Source: Petromyzon marinus (Eukaryota). From it: 64,000 nt of DNA. Made by a program: the position numbers and the translations under genes. The stretch covers positions 10,881,698-10,945,697 of the forward strand of contig NC_133715.1 in NCBI RefSeq assembly GCF_048934315.1. Reading direction: 5' to 3'. Numbering within the stretch: position 1 is the stretch's first letter; each line of letters opens with the position of its first letter. The notes below the pieces were generated by a model. It did no database searches, was not told the origin of the DNA, and was given only the letters and a program-made list of their open reading frames with translations. Shown here piece after piece: positions 12,029 through 25,700 of the stretch.

Positions 12029-13739
12029 TCGCGGGGCCGGGCAGTGGCGGTGGTGACCGCAGGGCCGGGCAACAGCGGTGGCGGTGGTGCCCGCCCAGCT
12101 GGGAGGAGGCCTGAGGAGACATCCCTTGTGGGTGCCTCGCCCGACTCCACGCGGTGTATGCGTGAGCAGGCGATGTAACGTTATTACGTCGTGCGCAGTT
12201 TTGTGCGATGTAATTAAGGCAATGGACTAATTACACTATTAACATTATGTTAATAGTGTAATTATGTTAATAGTGTTATTAGAATTACGATTTATATAAG
12301 AATCTGAATTCTAGGTGATTTTTTTGGTGCACCACATTAATGGTGTCATGCCTCCAGGGCCCCTCGAGCTACTGGGCGCGCACACCTTTGCATGGTTTGC
12401 GTACACCGAGCGTCGCCACTGTCCGTTCGCGAGCCAAGCGTTAGGTGGTGCTCATCTCTGTCGGCTTCCACAAGCCCGCGGTGGAAATCTCGCACGATCG
12501 TGACGGGGGACCGCTCTCTCTAGAAGATGACCGCTGTTGGCTTCCCACAAAGCCGTGCTCGATTTCGCCGACCACGGGAAGGATGATGGACCGAGTGGAC
12601 GCCCACCCCGACGGGGATTTGAACTCTGCAGATTCTCGACCCGGGCGGTTCCGTTCACAGCGCCACACGGCGTGGAACTTTATTTACTTTATTTCTGAAC
12701 GATCGTTTAAAATAATACGCAGCAATAACGATGGCAATAACTGCCATCTCAATAAAAAAAAGTCACCAAGAACAATATTTTGGTCTGACATAGATTCAAA
12801 GCTATCGCAGGCAAAGTACAGAACCACATGCGGCAGTTTCTTGTTGATTTGGCTGCAAGGGGCTCTTGCTGGGTTTCTGAAGTGGACAGGGGTGGTGACT
12901 GCCAGGGGTGGCGAATTCCCTTTCAATTCAAGGGTTCTTCCATTGTTTACAGCCATTGTAATTAAAGCCGTACTGACAAAGGTGTTAAGTCTCGACTGGA
13001 TACAGAGTGAGTTCAGTATGGCTCCTTGTGGGCTCTTGAAAGCCAAACGATGGCAATAAAAAATAAATTCTAAACAAGATTGGACATCACAGAGCAAGAA
13101 CCTTCATCAACAAATACTATAATATACACAACTGTATTTTATACATATTTTTAAAATACATATATAAAAACATTTTCACGGATTTATTTTAAAGGCAGTG
13201 GGAGCTTCACTTGGTTAACGCTCAGGGTATGTTTTATAAGTTGGTCCAGAAAAACATTTACCATCACACTGCGCCGTGTAATACATGCAAAACACACGTG
13301 GGTTTATACTCTGTCACACTTGAGAAAGAGATTTATTTTTTTATAGAATTTTGTGTCTTTTGTCACAAATCACCAAGCCAGTGCAAATTGAGATTTCGGA
13401 TAGGCCTACACACACGGGACACATTGCCTTTGTTAAAACTCCCCTTATCACCGCAAAGCAAACCACACTGTGGGCTTTATGATAGACTCGCTTTTTGCCC
13501 GTCCAAGGACGGGTGTATTGCAGTAAATCTGAAACTTGCAAGCGAAAAGCAGACCGCGACGTGATGTTCATTGCATCAATTTGCGTGCAATTAGTAAGGG
13601 TGCGGTGACACAGAAGTATTTCATTTGAAGTTTATAATCCTTTGTTCATCAAGACGTCCTTTTTACTTTGATGTCTCAACAGCGTTACGGAGATCGCGTG
13701 ACGTGAGGGTTCTGCCTTTGTAGCGAGGGTTGTAAGGGG

Positions 13740-14290
13740 CCATCCATTTAGTACGTGTGCATGGAGGGGGGACGGGGGGGTTAACCCAAATGCGTAGCCT
13801 GTGTATGGGGGGGGGTCTACTGACAATGTACGTATAGGAAACGGGGGGGGGGGGAAGGTGAAGCCTCGATAATAATTTGTCTACATTGGCCTTCAAATGA
13901 GTTAGATAGTCCGGCGGTGGACTATCTGTTTGCTTAAACACGTTAATGTTATTAATCCTTAATCGTTTCTGCGTGGATTAAATATCGGCCGTTCTATAGG
14001 ATTCGGGGGGGGGGGTGCGTCAGGCGTACGTACCCAGGTGGGGGGGGGGGGGTAAGAAGTACGCCTGCGTACAGGGAGGGGTCAAGTCTTGACAGATTTT
14101 TGCGTACGGACATAAAGGAAGGCCCCTAAGTTGACGCTGAAGAGGGGGGAGGAGACGCCTCGCCCCCCCCCCCATGTGGAGTGACGTCACCCGCTCATGA
14201 TTATTAATGAGGGGGGGTGGTCCATGTGGAGGACGTCACCCGCTCATGATTATTAATGAGGGGGGGTGTCCATGTGGAGGACGTCACACG
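13740..14290. repeat. G-run-rich low-complexity region containing a roughly 60-bp tandem (2.5 copies) with TGACGTCA palindromes
   Basis: The unit catgtggagGACGTCACCCGCTCATGATTATTAATGAGGGGGGG repeats at 14175-14290. G10-G14 runs and gcgtacgtac/gtacgcctgcgtac motifs occur from 13860 to 14090. Confidence 0.7.
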
Positions 14291-17200
14291 CGGGACACAC
14301 AGACATTCTTGGGTCATTATAGTAGTAAAGTAATGGCAACACCTACCTTTACCTAACATACTTTAAGGGCCTAGCTTACACAATCACCAATGACACTCCC
14401 CTGCTTGGCAAATAAGTGGTTAGCTCTGTGTTTTATTTTAACAAAACATTATTTATCTACACACAGAAAATTACTCAATTTCATCATCACTTCGTGTGGA
14501 AATTTCCACTCATATCCCGTTTCATAACTTACTAAAAAAATCGAGTTGAAGTCGTACATTTCCCCTGGCAAGTTCAATACCCCCCGGGTTGGTGTTGCAG
14601 CACTGATCCATAGAAGACGCGCCGGTAAAATAAATGACTCAAACTTGCAATAAGACACACGTGCAAACTCGACATCATCCCCAAGACGCCGTCATCCTTC
14701 GCGATGCCGCGATGCGACAATCCCCCGGTAGCGCCTGCACAGGAGCCCCAATCTCTTCGCTCCATCTCCGCGGTGGACGTGCTCTTTGGCGCGATTACTC
14801 CTTTGGCTGCCGCGCACGAGTATATCTCGGCCACGGGCCATCATTCCTTACATATTCACGTGTCCTCGCTGAGCCACTCACTTTTCTGAACAGTCCAAAT
14901 GACGTCTTTGACCCTGATTATGTTCTCGAGACCATGTACTCCACTGTCTGCCAAGCTTGCATCTCTCCGTGCTTCTTTAAGAACCTTTGAGCTTTAATTT
15001 ATTCCTCTTTGTCTGTCTCCACGTGCTTCGCGTGCACATGGCATCGCAAGGCAGTGCGCGCCGATTAAAATGTCAATCGCCTTGTTGCGCTCGGTTTGAA
15101 AGCCTCCTTCTAATGCTTTCTGAACACGAAGCGAGAATTCTAGATTTATTTTCACCTACGTGACTTTACCCAATAGAACCAAAGAGTACGAAGCGAGAAC
15201 TCATCTCCACTGCTAATCTCGTTGGAAATTTGTCAAAATTACACATTCCTATGGCAGGGTGAGGTCTATTTCATTTTTTATGGAACCGGCCACTGTATCG
15301 AGCGAAGGTTCCAGCGTAACCATGACAGCTGCGTTGCGGGATGATCACGATTGATCTGCAATACATGACATGACACTGGAGGTGGTTTTGTGAAATACAT
15401 CCAGCGGGGATGCTGCCACAGTGACGTGTTACAGTTCGCACACTCGACTCGCAATCCAGGCAGACGTCGCCCGCCCAGCCGCCCAATGTGGCGGTCGATA
15501 CAACGGTGCAAGATTCGTCAATCCCCGGCCCCAACCCAGCGGTCTGAGCCCACGGCGGCGAGCTGATGATCGGCAGCGTCACGTGCGGCGGTGTGCTAAC
15601 GGTGCGGGGCACTTCCCATCTCTTCAATATGCCTGGCCAACGTGGAAGAGTAGGCCAAAATCAGCGTGCTAGGAGTTGCCTGCCTTAGAGCTCCGTCTTC
15701 CCCACAGGCTCTTCCGTTTCGCCAGCAGTGACCCGAGCGGTGCGATTGCAAGGCTGCGCCTTCGCCTCTTTGCCGTGCGCGCAACGATGGAGGTGCTCGG
15801 CTCAGTCGGGGCGTTCGGGGGGGGGGGGGGGGGGGCAATTGACGGGATCGGTTGTAATTGACGCTGGTTGGCATGGCCACTTGGCTAAGCAGCTTGATGA
15901 GGGAGTTAGCTCCGTGAGTGGTGATGGACAAAAGCAGGTTTGCACTTTTCAGCAGTATTACAGTTTGTGCGTGCGTGACTAAGCTTGTCTTGGGTATGTG
16001 ATGCACACACGCATTTCAGTGCCAGCATTGTACAGCCTATAGTATGGGTGTATACATATATGGTTTATATGTGTATATATGTGGGTGTGTAGAACAAAGA
16101 TTAAGGTCCCCTTCGGTATTGCCTACATATGCTGCCGGGGCAAGTGCTGTTAGCGACCACAGACAATACACACACGTTCTGCACCGGATGTTCACATTTG
16201 TCTCTGCCACCATGGGAATCATTCAACGATGATAGGTGTGTCATGAGCGTATCTGCATTCGTCAAATTCCATTGGTGGATGAAGGCCTCCCGCACACCGT
16301 ACGGGTCGTGGAGGCTGTGTTGACCTCACGTTACCACGCTGGTCAGCGTGGGCTCGTGAAGACTGAAGGAAGCGGTGGGGAGTGGCGGTGGTGGTGGCCC
16401 AGGATTTGGTGCAGGTTTCGCTCGCCACTGATGTTAACCCTGGCAGGGGACTTTAACTCACAACTCCGGGGTTCACAGTGCAGTGAGTTGACAACTGCTC
16501 CCACCACTGCACCGTGGCGGAAGTGCGTGGTGAAGTATGGACAAACAACCCCCTCCCTCCTGGCTGTCGAGGCACGAGAGGCCTTCCTCCAGCAAACGTA
16601 ACGACAGACGACTGTGATGACGAATGCTAATACGGTGCACAATTATAAACAATTGTAAACATGTATAAACCATTATACACATTAACAAACGTATGCGGTG
16701 TTTAGGTCATTTAAACACAGGGTGCTGCTCATCTCCATCAGACGTCGTGCAGCATTGGTGTCAATTGTACGTTGCTATGCCAGGGCCCATTCGCACTCTT
16801 GAATTGAGCCTCGTCTGGGGAAGGTGGTTAGGGCAGTGACGATGAAAAGGCTGAAAGAACTCGGGCCTGGATTAGAACTCGGAACTTGAAGGTTTGGAGC
16901 TCTGCTGCTTGACTAATTGAGCTCTACCCCAATGTAATGAGTAACACGTTTGGGAGCCCAACTGCTTTACTCTTTAAGCTATATCTGTAACATGTCCCAA
17001 TTATTTAAAGTCATGAGTATTTAAACAATTAAGAGATGTATGTATAAGACTGTATTAACCTACTGCTGCTTCAGTGGTCGCATTGTGTCCCATGTAAGAG
17101 ACAAAAACGAGTTAACATTTCAGCCATGCAGTGATCTATCTGGGGATTGAGGCCATTCCTTTACAACTCTTTCCTACATTTAGAGTCGTTTGTCCCTCAT

Positions 17201-19926
17201 TGAAACAAAAGCACGTGGCGTTTCCTTTGCGCGGAGTGGACGCATTCGACAATGTATGTGCACTGTATGATCAAATACAATAAAAGGGGATGTTTAATGT
17301 TCATACAGCAGAGCTTCTCTTATCCGCGAACCTACTACCCGTGACTCCTATTGTCTGCAAACCTATTACTCGTGACTCCTATTATCCGTGAACCTATTTT
17401 CCGTGACTCCTATTATCCGCGGGAGCTGTTATTTATCCTGGAGAAATCCGATGGGCTATGAAGCTCTTTTTTCACACACGTGGAGTAAACAATCGCGGAA
17501 GACCTCGCGGATAACAGGGTCCAGCGATATCGGTCCCCCGTGGCACGGCGGATAACCGGGGCCCTCCTCTTGCACTCTCACTTTGGTGGCGGTTGACAAT
17601 TATGAAATTAGCATCGTGCTCACGGACGTTGAATGAACGACGGTGTTGTTTGTGAACTGACTAAACGCGTCAACTGAACGTAATCGGACATCAAGCACGC
17701 GGTTGTACACGAGCGGTGTGCCGTGGCGATTCTTTGGCTGGCATGGGCCCAGGTGGCAATTGCTAAACGCACCCACAAGGCGCGATCACAAACACCTGCG
17801 GCCCATACATTATTTATCTCTATACGGCCCAAAGCTTGTGGAATGCCTTCCCTCGCCGAATTGGGGACTGCCTGACCCCCTCCAAAGTTTTCATTTTAAC
17901 TTAACGTGAACCCCGATGATGCTGGATGTATTTACCAGCGAAACGTCGTACTCAAACTGTAAATGTTGTGGATTCACTCCTCAACACACCGGTGGGCTAA
18001 AGTAGTGAATTATTTGTCTTTTGTCAACGTGACACTTTTTTTTTGCTGATTGGCCGTGTCGGATGGTGGAGGGTTACGACACATTTATAAATAACGCGAT
18101 CTAACCCAAAAACCTTTATTATGAACGTGAACCTGTTCGGACAGCCATTTCGAGACACAGGTCAACAAAATGGCACAAAATATACGGCTTTATATTAACC
18201 TAATTATTATTATGATTGGGGACTGCACGCTTCTACAGTTTTATCGGACGACAACGATGTACGTACAAGGGGGGCCTCGGTGCGAGAGAGGCCCCGTTAA
18301 AGAGGTCAAGTTCAGTCGCTCCACGGTGCGAGCGATACAAGAGGGCGACCTGGCAAATGTCACCCCCGCCCCTTGATAGCGCGGTGCCTGGGACCCAGTC
18401 GCACCGCTTGCACCCTCCATACCCCCGCCACTGGCTGCGTTAACACTCCAGGGCATAGTTCGCAAAGAGATTTGTCGTCAACTCGACTGAAACCGATCCA
18501 AACATCAAGAGGGTTGTAATTGGGGTGGGGTTTTTTTTACGTATTCCCAATGCCGAGTGGCTCAAGCTGCACTTTTACTTGCAGACAGTGAAGCGACTGA
18601 AACGTGCCCCGCCACCGGAGGAATCTCCCCGCTACGTCGACTCCGCGATGCCTCCCGTAGTTGCGTCGTGACGCCTTTAATGCCACACACCGTGGGGCTC
18701 TTTCGGACGCGCACACGCACAGAGAGTCCGTCCGGCGACGTGAAATCGCAGCCCACCCCCCCGCGGATGTGCAGATCGGAACGTTGCGTCATCCTTCGTT
18801 TCACTTCGTGGCGAGGTTGCAGAAATGTTGTTCTGTTTAAATTGGCGATGTCTTAAATCTCGTCGACGCGCCACCCGGACAGCGCCTGCCACGACGTGGA
18901 TAGAGAGTGCGCAGCAGACACTCGGCGGAGGAGTCCTGCGGCTGTTCTGTTGTTGAGAAAATTGTCGCGGACCGCCGTGACCAACATTTATGCACAACGG
19001 AGGGAGCGTCGTGACGGCGAAGCCCACGCCCGATGAGCGTGACCCCAAACTCACTCGGAGGAGGCGGAGGAGGCGCGCGCCTCACCGCACGGGGCTGCCG
19101 TGCCCCGTGCGCCGCTATCAGCACCCTGGCACGGACCTCTCCCCGAACTGCCACCTGAAGATGGATCCTGTAACTCGACGTTCTTCACTAATTTTTCAGG
19201 GAGCCCGAGGGGGGCCACTGTCGTCGAGAAGGCATCATCAGCGTGCGGGCCGCCACGCCGCCTGCAACGGGGGTGGTTCTCACTCCATGTGGACTGTCGG
19301 GGGCCGCAATGGAGGCCACCAGGGCCGCCGGTTGTCCGTGGGCCTTGCAATTAAGGACACCGCTCTCACTGTATGCAAATTATGAAAGTCAACGGCAGAC
19401 CGGTGTGAGTGGAGTGGTTCTGGCCATGCCCATTCGCTGCTGTGGTGATGCCCTTAATCGGTGCTCGCTAAAATGAATTGGCGTTTGGTGCACTTAGCTC
19501 ACGCTTTATCCGAATGAGGGCGCCATTGACCCATGAGTCAATCGCGTGTCAAACAGCTGAACTCTATATCAATGGCCCTCTTTCCCCATGAATCGTAAGC
19601 ATGTGCGGCACCCGTATAGTCCGCACAACCTCATACAATCCACGGCCCTCGTCTGCCTCTGAGCCGTGATCACTCTTGCCTACACCTCATCCCACGTTGC
19701 TTCACGGCTTCCAAACGTCCTCGATTTATTTTTGCGCGGATAAATGGAGCACTTTCGCGGACAAACCTGCAGAATAACAGGATCCGCGAAGTTCATCCCT
19801 CACATTGCCCGACAGGGAGAGGAGGTCTTACTTTTGAGCAGTGGTCTTCACTAATTTTCAGAGGGGGGCCACTTTCGCCAATAAGATGTCATCAGTTTAA
19901 CACGTAGGCTCTCGCGACCGATATTA

Positions 19927-20030
19927 TTCATAATAAACGTTTTTGGGTTAGATCGCGTTATTTATAAATGGTGGAGGGTTACGACACATTTATAAATAAC
20001 GCGATCTAACCCAAAAACGTCTATTATGAA
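19927..20030. repeat. Perfect 30-bp inverted repeat around a 16-bp loop (hairpin-forming element). A single-arm relative lies at 18062-18120
   Basis: One arm is ttgggttagatcgcgttatttataaatg, the loop is gtggagggttacgaca, and the other arm is catttataaataacgcgatctaacccaa. The segment ggtggagggttacgacacatttataaataacgcgatctaacccaaaaac recurs at 18062. Confidence 0.8.
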
Positions 20031-20452
20031 GACATCAGTGTGAGGACCGCCACACCATTTGTGTCCACTCGCTGTGTCTTGTCGGGGGCCGCACTAAAGG
20101 CCTCCAGGGGCCGCCAGTAGCCCGCGGGGCCTTGCACTGAAGAAGAGCGCCGCTCTAGAGCGAGACTTGTTGTGGTCAGCCGGCAACTCCCCACAGCTGG
20201 GTAGAGGCCTCCCACATTCTCCTCCATTCCCAGCTGCTTCCGTCCAGTCCTTGACCTCCGTTGCTCTTGTAACTCGCTGACTTGCCCATACTGGACATCT
20301 GTGAAAAAGAGCTTCATAGCTCATCGGATTCCTCCTGCAGTCTAAATACAGATTGTGATTCTGACCATTGGACTCTCGTGATGCGATAAACCCCCTTTTA
20401 GCGAAGAAGCGGTGACATTTCCCCATCTGTGCAGGTGCCCTATGTACTCTAA

Positions 20453-20849
20453 CCGAGTGTCATCTCACTCAGTGTCATCTCACCCAGTGTCATCTCACTC
20501 AGTGTCATCTCACTCAGTGTCATCTCACCCAGTGTCATCTCACTCAGTGTCATCTCACTCAGTGTCATCTCACTCAGTGTCATCTCACCCAGTGTCATCT
20601 CACTCAGTGTCATCTCACTCAGTGTCATCTCACCCAGTGTCATCTCACCCAGTGTCATCTCACCCAGTGTCATCTCACCCAGTGTCATCTCACTCAGTGT
20701 CATCTCACTCAGTGTCATCTCACCCAGTGTCATCTCACTCAGTGTCATCTCACTCAGTGTCATCTCACTCAGTGTCATCTCACTCAGTGTCATCTCACTC
20801 AGTGTCATCTCACCCAGTGTCATCTCACCCAGTGTCATCTCACTCAGTG
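20453..20849. repeat. 15-bp minisatellite (AGTGTCATCTCACYC)n, about 27 copies
   Basis: The tandem is visible in sequence. ORFs at 20412-20906 (VSSHS repeats) and 20449-20838 (-) are repeat artefacts. Confidence 0.9.
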
Positions 20850-21702
20850 CCTCTCAGCCGGCGTGTCGTCACGGCAGAGTCCAAGGCGTGCCGCTGCTTA
20901 TTCTGAAATCGAGGAAAGAAGCTCGCGGGGTTCACGAGCTGGGGCAGAGGAACCCTCCGTGGCGTTCAGTGGCCGACCCAGGCCCCACTCGCCACCTGCC
21001 GCTCTCCGCTCCCCATTGGTCGCGGCGCAGCGCGGCAGCAGACAGTCGTCGGCCCCCACACCCGGCCCTCTCAACTCGCTCGGCCACACGCGCGCGGTTG
21101 GGCAGTGTGAATTATCGGCTCAGGGGTTCGGCAATCGGTCAGGTGGGGCCCCAATACTGCTGTAATTAAATTAAAATAAAGCGTGGAACGTAAATGAAGG
21201 CATTTTCATAAAAACATACAAGGGGGTCTCAACTCGCAGCTTTGGCCACCGGGGGTGTGGGGGTGCAAGGCCCCCCCCCCCGCCTGCTCCACGCTCGCTC
21301 TGCTGCTGAGGAGCAGCGCTTCGAACCCTCGACCCTGCACGGCCTCTGCATCTGCCGTCGAGCTCGATCAGTGTCGCGGTACACAGAAGAGGTGGAGTGG
21401 TTGCGCGCAACTTTAATCCGACATCACAATCACTGGCGGCTGAGTCCGGGCTGCTAAGATCGTATATGCAGCCAAGGAATGTTAATCTGGGGAAAGCGAT
21501 CCACACGCACACCGCAGGCATAAGCCATCACAATGTGGCATAATTACCCAAGCCCTTTACCCATATCATCTTCAATTGCCTGGGCTTGCAAAAATGCGTG
21601 TAATATCTTAACTACATGTAGCGCAGAGGCATCGCTTTGACTTTTTTTTTGTTAAATTGGCCTGCATGTTGTCGTGGTTGTGTCTATGTGCGTGTGTGTG
21701 TG

Positions 21703-22005
21703 GGGGGAGCGGTAGTGTAGTGGTTAGCGCTACGCTGCGCTACGATCCCGGCGACCCGAGTTTGATTTCCGCTCACGGCCAACACCAGTGACGATTGTCT
21801 TTACCGGTCTTGGGCCTCCGCTAGGTCGACTCAGCCTCAAATTAGTACCTGGTGCGGTGTGTAAACATTGCCGCTAGGGAGACAAAGGCGGCCGGGCGTG
21901 GTGCCGGCCACCCACCCCCTCGTGTGCCGTGCCGGTCTTCATAGGTGCTCGCTGACAGAACTTGCCCCAACAGTCTGTTAAGGCTATACGGGAAATCTTT
22001 GTCTT
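21703..22005 (+). mobile_element. tRNA-derived SINE, family A (about 290 bp), one copy on the + strand
   Basis: The copy begins GGGGAGCGGTRGTGTAGYGGTTAGC...GGTTCGATTCCCGCYCACGGCCAACACCAGTGACG, then ...TCAGCCTCAAATTAGTACCTGGTG...GCTCGCTAACAG...CTGTTAAGGCTATACGGG. The 5' and 3' ends do not pair, so this is a SINE and not a tRNA. Confidence 0.7.
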
Positions 22006-22159
22006 TGTATGTCACTGAATTGACAAATTTGCTATTACTCTGGCGAACACACCCCGTGTTAATGATTTAAGTTTTTTTTTTATCCACTGCTGTGCCGTGT
22101 TTGTCATTGGATCGTTTGACCATACTTCATCACGCCGGTCAGTGCAGGTTGGTGGACAG

Positions 22160-22778
22160 CTGTGGGGCGGCTGGGGCCCGTTCAGATGTGGGGCGGCCTG
22201 GAGCCCGTTGAGATGTGGGGCGGCTGGGGCCCGTTGAGATATGTGGCAGCCTGGGGCCCGTTCAGATGTGGGGCGGCTGGGGCCCGTTGAGATGTGGGGC
22301 GGCCTGGGGCCCGTTCAGATGTGGGGCGGCTGGGGCCCGTTGAGATGTGGGGCGGCTGGGGTCTGTTGAGATGTGTGGCAGCCTGGGGCCCGTTGAGATG
22401 TGTGGCAGCCTGGGGCCCGTTCAGATGTGGGGCGGCTGGGGCCCGTTGAGATGTGGGGCGGCCTGGGGCCCGTTCAGATGTGGGGCGGCTGGGGCCCGTT
22501 GAGATGTGGGGCGGCTGGGGTCTGTTGAGATGTGTGGCAGCCTGGGGCCCGTTCAGATGTGTGGCAGCCTGGAGCCCGTTCAGATTTGGGGCGGCTGGGG
22601 CCCGTTGAGATGTGGGGTGGCTGGGGCCCGTTGAGATGTGTGGCAGCTGGGGCCCGTTGAGATGTGTGGCAGCCTGGGGCCCGTTCAGATGTGGGACGGC
22701 TGGGGCCCGTTCAGATGCAGGGCGGCTGGGGCCCGTTCAGATGTGGGGCGGCCTGGGGCCCGTTCAGATGTTACTCTC
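22160..22778. repeat. 26-27-bp minisatellite, about 23 copies (unit GGGGCGGCTGGGGCCCGTTSAGATGTG)
   Basis: The tandem is visible in sequence. Confidence 0.9.
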
Positions 22779-25700
22779 CACTTACGATAGCCGGGGCCAG
22801 CAATCAAATTCCCTACCAATGGAAGTTGCTTTCACCCACATCCGATTAGCATGGTTGGCTACGTACGGTGCGAAGGAAGTTTAACATACAGTACATACAT
22901 GCTCCATCAATTGGAAGAATACCAATGCTATATTTTCATTATCAGCCCGTGTTTTTATTGCAAATGTAACAGGCAGTTTGTTACATTTGCAACTTTATTA
23001 CTTGGCTGTGTCGGGCGGAGGAGGGTGTACGATACACATTTTTTTGGCGATCTGACCGAAACAAAATCTATAATGAATCATAATATTGGTCGCGAAAGCC
23101 TACTACGTGTTAAATGTATTAGTTGGTTAGACTCGTGTGCACTGCAATACCAAGCAAGTCTACTGCAATCACCAACATTTATCATCTACAGACATCACTA
23201 GCGGACGAATGCCTCCTCCGTAAAACCTCGTCATCCTTCGAGGCCCTTAACTGTCACAATTACACTTTTTTTAAAATGCAATAAAATGTGGTACGTGCGT
23301 AGTAACAACAGCATGTGCAACGCCACATGGCACGATGGGACATGGGGGGCGCTCGCATGAGAAACAGACAGAAATAGATTAAGATTTCGAGCCCGGCCAT
23401 ATTAATTATCGCATCAGCAATTTGTTTTTTTGTTAAAGCGTGGGGAGTTGCAGTCAGTCACTCCACTCATGAATTATTAATCCACGCTGTCCAAGCCTTG
23501 ACAGTGGCGTCTGTTATTTTTTTCCTCCTCGGGTCAAAGTCGTCAACAGTTCAGGATTGTTGCCAACCAGAAGTCGACCAAGAACGCCAGCGATTGAAAC
23601 TCCTGAGACCACGGGCCGACAACCAAAATTAAAAGAAGAGACATTTTTCTAACACGGTAAAAAACCTGCAATATTTCAAGAGCCGCAATGCCATGTGAAT
23701 AGGCTACGGTGGTCCTGAATGAATGACGTCAAGAAGCTGTCCTTCACGAGCCACGCGCGGCTCAGGAGCTGCAGGTAGCCGGCCCCGCCTTGGAGCGGGC
23801 ACAGGGGGCCCTCTGTCGTGGTGCAGTGGTCATCAGCCTGGGCTTCCCTTCTCCCAGCGCGCCAGATGAAACAATGCTGCAAGATCGATTTTATATCCTC
23901 CCGCCTCTGTCCATCCAGAACTGCGATTGTGTACACCCATAGTCGATCGGCAAATCGCGTGTGGTCGGATAAAGTGTGGGTCCTGGCCACCTCTTCCAAG
24001 ACGTACGGTCAGTGTGGAAGAGTTGGACAAAATTCCACCGAGAGGAAACTGGTTTCCGCGATACACTAATTTATCATTAACGATTGGTGTTCTCGGCATT
24101 TACAGATATTTTTTTTATTGAGCGTTTTCTGTGGAGCATTATGGGTTAAAGTAACTTGCATTCCAAAATAATCCTGTTCTGTCTCCACACATAAATGGCG
24201 GTCAAGCGTCCAGCCCACCAACCTGTTGGCTTTCCAGGCCGATATCAAACAGCGTTTATTTAAGCGATCAAACTGAACCAATTTCGACTTTCTGGGTCTC
24301 ATCAGATCAGCAGGGGTAGTCTTGTTGAATGCTGCTGGGTTGCCAAATCTCATTGGCAAGAGCACCCTATTCACATTATAGGGGCCCAATTCACGCAAAA
24401 AAATCCATAACACACACAAACTCATCACCATCCAGCAGTGGATCTAGAAAGGGCTTAACAAGCAAACACATTTTGTTTGTCGATTTAAAGTTGTTCTCAC
24501 GAAATGGGTGAAACGGTAGCAGATGTAGGCCATGGCATCACAGAATGGTGCCACGTCGCGGAGCCTCGAGCGATAATTAAGCGGAGAGAGCTGCATTCGA
24601 TTCACTCCATGTGATCATTCGCTTTCAAAAGTGCGCAAACAAGCAATCGGACGGCGTAATCGCGGGGGCGAACTGTTCCAGCGAGCGGCCGCGTGTGATT
24701 TGTCCGTAATTCGTACACGCTCAGAGAAATCGGGTATGCGCCCGGGTTTAAATTAGTGGGCAGACATCAAAGTTCCGTGGGTTTATACATTATCAGCAAT
24801 ATGCATCAATAAATACGGATATCCTCCCTTAAATTCCTTGGGATACTCCCACCTCCTGCTGCGAACGGAGTGCACACCGCTGCAGGCTGCTCCAAGTCAC
24901 CCCTCACTCACCCCGCTCGAACCGAGCACTTGAGCCGTTACGGGCCAATTGCAAAGTCACGTGTTTGTTTAGTCTCGAGTTGGGACGATTCGTCGATTAA
25001 GTTGTTGAATCAACGAGATATTGCATCGACCAATACGGTCGTGGTGGATTGCTTGGTCAACAAAAGTCAGATTTCATTTCGGCTCAAACAGCCCTGCAGA
25101 GCCAGTGATGTAAATTCCACATTCTTTTGGCGGGGGCGGCTTTATCCATAGAGCAATCGATGTTTCACTTCTCCGCAAATAAACATTCATTTTATCGACC
25201 CTGGAGGGTGATGAGCTGAGTCAAACCCCCACCCCTAACCAAGGATTGAACTCGTACACGTTGCAAAGTGTGGTCACCCTCACTCCTGCCTCCCCAAGGT
25301 GGGACCCCCCCCCCTCCTCTGTGTTTAACCATACTTCACCACCACGCTGGTCTCGTGCGGATCGGTTAAGGTGGGCCGACGGCCGGTTCAGGCAAGTATG
25401 TATGTTGAACTTCTTTTGCGCCGTATGTACTGTGCAGTCAGGAATGGGACTCTGGAGTGGCCAGGCTTGTAACAGAAATGCGCTAACAACTGTGCCACCG
25501 CTCCTCATATGTGTTTACACACACATAGCCACAGTTGCATTTTCGAATAGACACTTCTAAGATTGCCAAATAATGTAAGCACACGGATGGGATTTTTCTT
25601 TTGTTTTGATAAACCGAACGAGTCAAGTTAACATTCGTTCCGTGCTGATTTGAGGGTTTAGTTCTCAAAAGTTAAAGAGGAGGGGGGAGATGCTTGAGAA

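Noticed and set aside
12590-12680. tRNA-like GGATTTGAACTC / GAGTTCAAATCC motif
   Set aside because: No complementary T-stem or acceptor stem can be drawn. It is probably a fragment of a tRNA-derived repeat.
21703-21790. tRNA gene candidates at the heads of family-A SINEs (also 37888, 42630, 35168 and 34840-34912)
   Set aside because: The 5' and 3' acceptor segments are not complementary and the anticodon-arm region is degenerate. Each is followed by a roughly 200-bp conserved SINE body. These are tRNA-derived SINE heads and not functional tRNA genes.
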